In this document: one piece after another, positions 21,267 through 29,046 of the stretch
Layout: each line of letters opens with the position of its first letter
Position numbering within the stretch: the first letter of the stretch is position 1
DNA from: Acanthaster planci
Lineage: Eukaryota
NCBI RefSeq assembly: GCF_001949145.1
Contig: NW_019091358.1
Span: forward strand, 279,984 to 309,029
Length of the DNA stretch: 29,046 bases
Direction of reading: 5' to 3'
Program-made: the position numbers and the translations under genes
The notes under the pieces: generated by a model
Told to the model about the DNA's origin: nothing
Database searches by the model: none
Seen by the model: only the letters and a program-made list of their open reading frames with translations

Positions 21267-22241
21267 GTACATTTTGGTTTTTATGCCTGTAAAAATGTCC
21301 ATATAGGAGCCCAAGCAGAACAGTACTAGTGTTTGAGTAGCTCTGTGTACAAATACACATGTATATCACACTTTTTTACATTTTTTGAGGACATGGCAGG
21401 TTCCTCAAAACGGAAGTCATGGCTTATGTCTGGAACAAATATGACCATGTCAACCTTTCAACTTAATTGGAGTTAATTAATTAAAGTTTCGAGAGTGCAA
21501 AAAAGCACCACCAATCCATAATCCTTTTATGACTGGACCGATCACATTTTCTTCAAGTATGTTCCCAAAAACCACAGTCCAAAATACCGATCGTGGCGAT
21601 TTGCGGCTTCCATCAATCTCTCGCGGTGACATTAGAGAAAGATTTCACTGCATCGTGGCCTGTTTGACCTTTAACATCAACCCAGATAATGCGCCCTCTT
21701 TTTTATTCGATATTCATGAACCCCTCCGTGGAATGGCAACTCTCCGCGATTTTTCTCTTCGGAACAATTTTTCTCAAAAGAAAATCGGTCATTCTGAATA
21801 ACGTTCGCAAAAAATACTGTTTGAGACATAAAATACGATTCATGATGAAAATCTAATGCTCAGAGTTGTTAATTTCAATTTTATTTTCAGCGGGGTTATC
21901 TCCAAAATAACCGGCAAAGTGAAAATTACGCATGGAATTTTCCAGCACTATATGTGACAGCATTTTCGGCATTCTCGAACGTTATGCAGTTTCTGTCAAA
22001 GCCTTCAAACGTGATCGAAATTCTGTCAAATATAACGTTCCCAATGAACATATCGTACTCATTATAAATTTTTGATGCAGCCAAACTTAAAGATAATTTT
22101 TGGTGGTCGAAATATACAAGACCTGGCAAATATGTTGGTATAGTGAGAGAGAATGAAGAGAGCCAAACTTTTCTCATCATTTTCCGTCAATTGTGTGCTC
22201 TTTTTTTTCGTGGCTTATATTTGTTAAAAGTTTTTTCTTAG

Positions 22242-22575
22242 TTTTCAAGATGTATTTTTGCATTCGGGATGCTAATTTATATAACAGGTTTTGCCCGTAC
22301 CCAACGTATATATTAATAAACACTGTATGCTCAGTGCTTGTCCGAGAGCTTGCGGAAAAAAAGGGCAAAACCTGTTATATAAATTAACATCCCCAATGCA
22401 AAAATACATCTTGAAAATAGTCCGCGGTACCCGCTGCTTCACCTGACTCTGACCGTCCAGCTGACCCCGGCAAGCTTGGTGGTCGAGTGGTTCAGACGTC
22501 TGCACTAGTACGCAGGAGATCGTGGGTTCGAGTCCCACCCGTGTAAGCTTGTGACTNCCGGTTATATAAATTTTT
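22242..22575 (+). mobile_element. Family A copy 2 with an inverted 5' segment
   Basis: tRNA-like segment at 22474-22544 (box A TGGTCGAGTGG, box B GTTCGAGTC). Shares the CGCGGTACCCGCTGCT leader with copy 1. 55-bp inverted repeat at 22242-22296 / 22363-22417. Confidence 0.75.
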
Positions 22576-23831
22576 CATAGTTGCTTTAAAATACATCAGT
22601 CGAAAAATATACTGAATTCTCCTTGTTAAGAGAAGTTTTGAAATCCTCTGGTGTAAACACTTTGAAGTAAAACTTTAAATGAATTCAACTCTGTTTGATT
22701 TGCACTGGTAGCCAACCAAATGTCCACCATAAGTACATATTATGCCTAATTATCCCCATATAATCATTTTTATAAATCTGAAGGTGCTAATTTGTATTTT
22801 ACATGATCAAAGTCACTCTTTTAGAAGTTTTGAAAAATGATAGCCAAAGTTGCATTTTGGTCCATTTTATGAAGAACATGCCACATGGAAGTTCCACCTT
22901 TAATTGTTTATCCTGGTTAGCAGTCTCTCTGGACAAAAAATGAAAATGGCCATTGTTTGTTTAAAGCTTTGTTGATTGGGAATTTTGGGAGGCTAATTAT
23001 TGTACTTTTTCTGATACCCTTTTGACAAGGAGTGCCTTTTGTGGCAAAAGGAAAGTGGCAGCCTCTAAAATGTGTTAGATGGAATGAATTTTAAAATTTG
23101 GAAACTATCACTTTTTTGTCACTTCCAAGTGACAAAAAACAAGAAGGTGGTAGTTTACTGTTTAGTGTAGTTTACTGTTGTAGCATACTACTGGTAGCAA
23201 TGTGCTGAAAACAAATTGAGCTGAATGTCCACTGCATGTTTTTTTGAAGGGTTGTGCCAAAATACACGTTTGGTATAGCATCTCCCCAGTTTTTCACTGT
23301 AGCCCTTAAAAGTACATCTGTGTTAACAGTTTTCAGCTATTTTCGATAAGGTAGTTTGATTTTGTGTGTGTTTTTTATGCTAATGTATGTATGTTGAGTT
23401 CCATAATCAGGAGCAAAAACTAATGTCATTGCAGGGAGAAAGAATGAACCTTTCATTTGTTTGTGCCCCCAAACTGCTTGAGTTCTGCCATCTTGCTGGC
23501 CTAAATTTCTTTGGTGATTCATTGTTATGTAAGTCTGTGACACTAATCCAGCAAGCTTTCTCCAAAATTTACTATTTAGTAAAATCTGAACAGAAAAACC
23601 TTGTAAATGAATAATGCTGTTCTTGAGTGATATCTCACAACAGTGCCTGCAGTTGTTTTGAAAAAAGCAGGGGGAATTTGAAACATTTATTAATGTGCAC
23701 TTTTCAATACTGTACATTTGTTTGTCAAATAATTTTAATTTCTGAAGTTGAAGAATATAAGTTTCACAAAATTGCTTGAACAAGTCATTATATGGACCCT
23801 CTAACATTGTTCTTCAATCTGTCTGGAACAG

Positions 23832-23917
23832 GAATACTATGATTCCCTTGGAGGGATAAAGAATGTGTTGACTGCTATCGGCAAAGCAGAGGAGCTTCAA
23901 AAATCTCTGATAACAAG
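23832..23917 (+). CDS. USP8: USP8-like third coding exon (EYYDSLGGIKNVLTAIGKAEELQKSLIT-R)
   Basis: Acceptor AACAG|GAA, donor AAG|GTAAAG; phase 0 in, phase 2 out. Resembles the USP8 segment DYFHSILG..NIKKA..EAE.L..SL..R. Confidence 0.85.
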
Positions 23918-24386
23918 GTAAAGGAACCATAATGAAACATGCACTTTAACTACCATATTACAGCCAGAATTACACATATCTATCACAGAATGATTACTGT
24001 GGAATAATAGCCAATGGTTTGGTTACTTTTGGCAGTGTTTTGTGTTACATACATGTACTTTAAGTAAAATTAACCGAGGTTAACCTTTTTGATCCTCCTA
24101 TACGGTTGTAGCATGCTGCATGTCACCCACTGCAAGACAGTATTCGGAAACAGAAAACTTGTATTATGGCAACAACTGGAGTCATCAAATTTATTAGAAC
24201 TAAGTATATCAATTAAAAATAAATACAGTGGAAGACCTATGAATATTAAAATTCAGCTGAGGTACATGTAGGTCTCTTCGGTGCAAGCTTTCAGTGAACT
24301 TCACTTCATCTAAAAAGCATCTAAAGGTGATGTAAAAGTGATCATCACAGAGGACAAATATGTTGCATAAAATAACATACATTGGA

Positions 24387-24672
24387 TTGAAACTTTGCAG
24401 ATGGCTAGAAAGGGAAGTGTGGTAAATGAAAGTTGACATGTGATGATGACGTCATCATTGACAAGTCATTTGACATTAAAGGTGCATCCCTTTAAGCCCT
24501 TTATTTTCCACAGTACACGTTCCGTTTGGTTGAAACTTTGCATATAGCTAGACAGGGAAGTGTCAGAGGAAAATTGACATGATTTGATGATGACGTGTTA
24601 ATGTGACAAGTCACGTGACATTAAAGATGCATCCTTTAAAACCCCATATATTTCGAAGTATACTGTATGTCC
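24387..24672. repeat. Two diverged ~143-bp tandem units, probably internal repeats of a non-autonomous element
   Basis: TTGAAACTTTGCA..GCTAGA.AGGGAAGTGT..TTGACATG..TGATGATGACGT..TGACAAGTCA..TGACATTAAAG.TGCATCC recurs at 24387 and 24530. Confidence 0.85.
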
Positions 24673-25239
24673 CATCATGGAGGAAGGCAACAGAAGGAGT
24701 TTGAACTGCCCGGGCTATAACATCTGGTCAAATACCGCTTTCTGGCATACTCGGTATGTCCATAGCCAGAGCGCACCGCATGCCTGATACTCACCACCTG
24801 TTTTGCAACCATAAGCCCTCTTTGTACCCTATGATCGTCGCCGCAATTTTTCGTTGGTAATCTGCATCCCCAAAACATTGTGTACTGCAAAGTATAAAGT
24901 AATTGAAAGAAATTTAAAGGAGTCTCTCCTCAATTTGCATGTATTGAACTGACTGAAACTCAGATTGGATCTTAATTCAGTTACTCAGTAGTTCAGAAGC
25001 TGGATAATTGTTTAAGCAATGAACACGGCAATAAAAACTAATTTCAGAATTACATCAAAATATATGAGCGGCTCCAGTCACATCAGTTACTGGAATAAAG
25101 CAAATCAAAGTTCAGCTAAATAAATCATTGAAACAAAATACAAATCATGAACTTTAACTGTATGAAGCAAAGCAGAAGAAAGCAAACAAAACCATTTTAA
25201 AATTTTGCTTTCTTGTGGAATCAAAATCATTTGAAATAA

Positions 25240-25640
25240 GCTTATGATTCTAACGATGAACAAAGAAATTGACTGGAGTGGGATTTTAACCTGCGGCCCC
25301 TGGAATACCGTACCAGTGCTCTACCAACTGAGCTACCCAGCCCTATGTTGGTGGCTCTTCATATTTGTCAATATCTCTGTTCGGGGGGTGCTAGCCAGAA
25401 GCCATTAAACCTGAAACACCATGTAGCCAGGGATCACACCCCAATTACATGATACAACCTGGAAAGTGGTGAACAGGGATAACTCAGAGAGGATACGGCT
25501 CTTTGAACGTAAATCATGAAACAAATCATATAGGGAAGCTGACTATGGTAGGTGCTTATGAATGATTCTTAAGATGAACAAAGAAATTGACTGAATCATT
25601 CATAAGCACCTACTCAGTTTCCCTATATGATTTGTTTCAT
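25240..25640 (-). mobile_element. tRNA-cassette repeat, family B: ~314-bp unit with terminal direct repeat and inverted 5' segment
   Basis: Minus-strand tRNA-like segment at 25271-25344 (box A TAGCTCAGTTGG). Direct repeat at 25240-25275 / 25554-25593. Inverted repeat at 25516-25568 / 25593-25640. Related AAATAAG(C/G)TTATG occurs at both boundaries. Confidence 0.75.
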
Positions 25641-27801
25641 AAAATAAGGTTATGTTCACAAACTCTTTCATCCTGAGCTCTGTTGTATGCGATTATTTTC
25701 ATACGCAATCTATCCCAGAAGAAACCTGTTTGTCGCTTTAATTCCTCAACTTGAAACAATAGTATTGGTATTGCACGTAATAGAGCCTTAATTTACCAAA
25801 TCCATCCAAATGCACCTTTGTGTCTTGGTTATTACCTTATTTTCAACTTTTTTTTTCATTATTCAGGTCGTAGGCTGGGGGGGAGAGTTCAGGGGATTTG
25901 AATGAACCCCCTTCACTTGCTTCTGAGTTCCGCTCTTTGGTGGTTTTTTTTTTGGTAATAACTATATAATTTTAATATACTATAATTTTCGGAATGTAAG
26001 CTGCAGTTTATACATTAATTCTCATGTGGAAAATATATCTGTGGTTTATAATGAACTGCAGGCAGTTTTTACGGCAACATTTAAAGGATGAAATCAGTCA
26101 CTAAACACCGCTCCATGCCTCAACGCAGCCTAACCTGGGCCGCCGCCGTGGCCGGCCAGCCCCGTGTACCAGTGGCGCGGCGCAGCGTTCCAGGCATGGG
26201 GACAAAGCAGTCATGTTTTCATTGGTTGCCGTTTACAGTGGCTGCCATTTACTTTGACTCTACTCACGTGTTGGATATGAAGGAAACCAGTCTAGAAAGA
26301 CTGAATAGACTTGTAAATGCCCTGTAAGTACCGTTCGCACCTCACATATTATGTGGTACGTCTGTTCGTTTTGTCTTTTGCTATTTCGTAATCCATATTG
26401 TTTATCATTTTACTGGCCTTAAAAAGAACAGCTGCATGGCCCACCCAGCGAGGACTCAGGACACTAATCCATCCCACTAAACTTGGTATTTTCGAGGACT
26501 CAAGAAAGTTTAGGCATAATGAAAACACTCGTTCATGGGCACTTTAAATTTTTGCTTCTAACGTTTGTGTATGGAGCAATATTTTATCGCCAATTTCACA
26601 AAAGGTGAAACTTAAACTCCAAATACAGTAGTTTGATTCATAAATTTTGATTTCATATACATGTACCTGCTACAAAGTTCTGATGACATGTTAATTTGGT
26701 CCTTTTTTCCAAAGTGCGAAATGAAATGCTCCCCAAAATATTTGTTTTTACCATTTTTAGTTAGGTGAGTGGAGGTAATAATGATTTACTAGAATGTATC
26801 ACTTTTTTAGAACTTCTGAATTTTTGGGGGGATTTTCTGAGATTTTTTTTAATAATGATGTTCATATCATTCACTCACCCAGCGCCCGATTCAAGGTGCA
26901 GGATGAAGAGCAAATTCATTACCAGGCCAATTTACAACACGCCGTGAATATTGAAAACTGAAGTAGGGGGCCTATACAAGTCTGACATGCATCCTTCAGT
27001 TCGCGACAAACATGGAACTTGTTCGATGTTGTGCTCCAAAGCACATTATGATAGGCCTTTGTATACAAATATGTGTTCACAGTGCCAAAAGTTCCACTTT
27101 TGGGTTTGACAAACCCCCAGTCTTTGGTCAGGCAGCGGGCCTGTTATTTGAAAGGGTATTTCACTGCTTGTTTGATTTTTATGCTAATTAGTATTTCCAT
27201 ATTCCTGAGCAAAATTGTGATGTCATCCCAGAAAGAAAGCCTCATTGTTACACTGGTTTGTGCACAAAAAAGTCCCGCACTTTTAGCTGTTTCAGGGAAA
27301 CAGCCTTTATTTTCCTCAATTTTGTTTGGCTTTTTCTCAAGTTGTGAAAAAGGCCTTGTTTTTTGTTGTGTTTTTTTGGGGGGGTGGGTTTTTTTGCAAT
27401 GTTGCGAAAAAGGCACTACTTCTGCGAAGAAGCTATTGTTTTTGTTCTCCGGTTCGCGATGGTCTAGTACAGGACACTTTTCAAGAGACAGGAACAGAAA
27501 CCCCTCAAAATGCAGCAGTTTTTTTTTTGGGAGAAAACATTGGGGATTAAGAGGGTGAAAAATGCATGATTGTGCAATACCCCTTTACACGTCAATGCAC
27601 ATGGTGGGAGGATGGGGGATAGGGTGATTTTTACTAGGTCAAAACGTGACCCGCGTCAGAAGATCAGATTTTTCGATGGAAACAGCTTCTCCAGAGTACA
27701 CAAGTTGGTTATGATAGGATTAAGGGAGACATGCTTTAGGTCATGAAACCTGATTGAAAAAAAAAGAAATATTCCAGGGAATACGACATCGGTGCACATG
27801 C

Positions 27802-28198
27802 NNNNNNNNNNNNNNNNNNNNNNNNNNNNNNNNNNNNNNNNNNNNNNNNNNNNNNNNNNNNNNNNNNNNNNNNNNNNNNNNNNNNNNNNNNNNNNNNNNN
27901 NNNNNNNNNNNNNNNNNNNNNNNNNNNNNNNNNNNNNNNNNNNNNNNNNNNNNNNNNNNNNNNNNNNNNNNNNNNNNNNNNNNNNNNNNNNNNNNNNNNN
28001 NNNNNNNNNNNNNNNNNNNNNNNNNNNNNNNNNNNNNNNNNNNNNNNNNNNNNNNNNNNNNNNNNNNNNNNNNNNNNNNNNNNNNNNNNNNNNNNNNNNN
28101 NNNNNNNNNNNNNNNNNNNNNNNNNNNNNNNNNNNNNNNNNNNNNNNNNNNNNNNNNNNNNNNNNNNNNNNNNNNNNNNNNNNNNNNNNNNNNNNNNN
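27802..28198. other. Assembly gap (397 N)
   Basis: Run of N. Confidence 1.
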
Positions 28199-28200
28199 GT

Positions 28201-29046
28201 CTCCGCTTCGCTACCTACAACCCGAGAAAGAGGGCCCGCATTGGCATCAAGTGGTACAAGTTGTGCCAGAGCACCGGGAGTGCCGCCGGGTACTGCTACA
28301 ACTTCAAAATCTACACCAGCCAAAGTAAAGGAGACCTTTCAGCAACTACACAAGTGGTGATGGACCTGGTGAACGACCTAAGTGGTAAGGGCTACAACCT
28401 TGCCCTCGACTGGGCCTTCAGCAGTCCCGATTTGTTTCGACGACTTCACAACCAGAAGTTCAACGTCGTCGGCACCGTCATGGGGAACAGAAAAGGGATG
28501 CCAAAAGACCTGCAGTCCGTCAACCTGAAGTGGGGCGAAACAGCGTCCCGGTCGGCCGACCTGGGTGTCAGCGGTTCTCTCCTGGCCATGGTGTGGCGAG
28601 ACAAGCGCAACATCCGTATGCTCTCCACCATGCATACTGCAGACATCCGTGGCACCGGCAAGCAAGACAGGACAGGGCAGGAAAAGCAGAAACCGACCTT
28701 TGTCATCGAGTACAATGCCCTGATGGGGGGCGTTGACAAGAGCGACCAACTAGCGGCAAATCATCGAGCAACTCGTAAGTCCCTCAAGTGGTACAAGAAG
28801 CTCTTCTTCTACCTGCTCGGCTTGACGCTGGTGAACAGCTACGCCGTGTACCTGGCCGTTGATCACCGCCTCTCCTTCCTCGACTACCGCTTGAGTCCCT
28901 TCCGTGAGCTGCTGTTCGACGAGCCCTTGCCCGAGTACCCCCCTCAGCACGATACTCCACCAGTCAGCAACTCCCGCTTTGTCGGCCGACACTTTGAGAC
29001 TTTGAGAGGACCAGCTATGGCGACTTCCGCTACCGGCGGTGTGTCC
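28201..29046 (+). CDS. piggyBac-family (PGBD4-like) transposase, central and C-terminal part; partial at both ends
   Basis: Stop-free frame from 28201 to the window end: YNPRKRARIGIKWYKLC, GYCYNFKIY, GKGYNLALDWAFSSPDLF, GTVMGNRKGMP, WRDKRNIRMLSTMH, KPTFVIEYNALMGGVDKSDQ, RKSLKWYKKLFFYLL. It is absent from the ORF track because it has no stop in the window. Confidence 0.93.

Noticed and set aside
21103..25344. The tRNA-like segments as functional tRNA genes
   Set aside because: Stems are mismatched, B boxes are degenerate in two of three copies, and all are embedded in repeat units.
26445..26454. Minus-strand TCCTCGCTGG resembling the HDV ribozyme L3 loop
   Set aside because: The flanking bases cannot form P3 or P1.
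24911..26550. TTAAAGG-type (Kolobok-like) ends and a CAGG..GGGG hAT-MITE-like start at ~25865
   Set aside because: No matching opposite termini could be paired with confidence.
27720..27801. TTAAGGGAG as the left end of the piggyBac
   Set aside because: piggyBac termini usually begin TTAA-CC(C/T), and no partner end is visible in the window.

Overview
Eukaryotic (animal) repeat-rich genomic DNA with two assembly gaps (7819-8174, 27802-28198) and one single N (22557). From left to right: (1) a decayed Ty3/Gypsy pol remnant; (2) an apparently full-length L1-clade, Tx1-like non-LTR retrotransposon with intact ORF1 and ORF2; (3) after the first gap, an unexplained CpG-rich ~1.7-kb module with an orphan ~214-codon open frame, divergent TATA boxes, NF-kB/AP-1/CRE-type sites and a GC hairpin; (4) several MITEs, including two ~1.4-kb copies of one family inserted in opposite orientation 441 bp apart; (5) the first three coding exons (MIT-domain region) of a USP8-like host gene on the + strand, none of which appear in the ORF track. 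The USP8 introns hold a SINE, a solo LTR, a hAT-like element, tRNA-cassette repeats with Penelope-like tandem/inverted architecture, and a sense-oriented piggyBac transposase fragment. The best candidates for new biology are the circularly permuted tRNA-containing repeats and the orphan virus-like module. Both interpretations are inferences that need database and RNA checks. All protein-family calls come from motif recognition by eye, not from searches.
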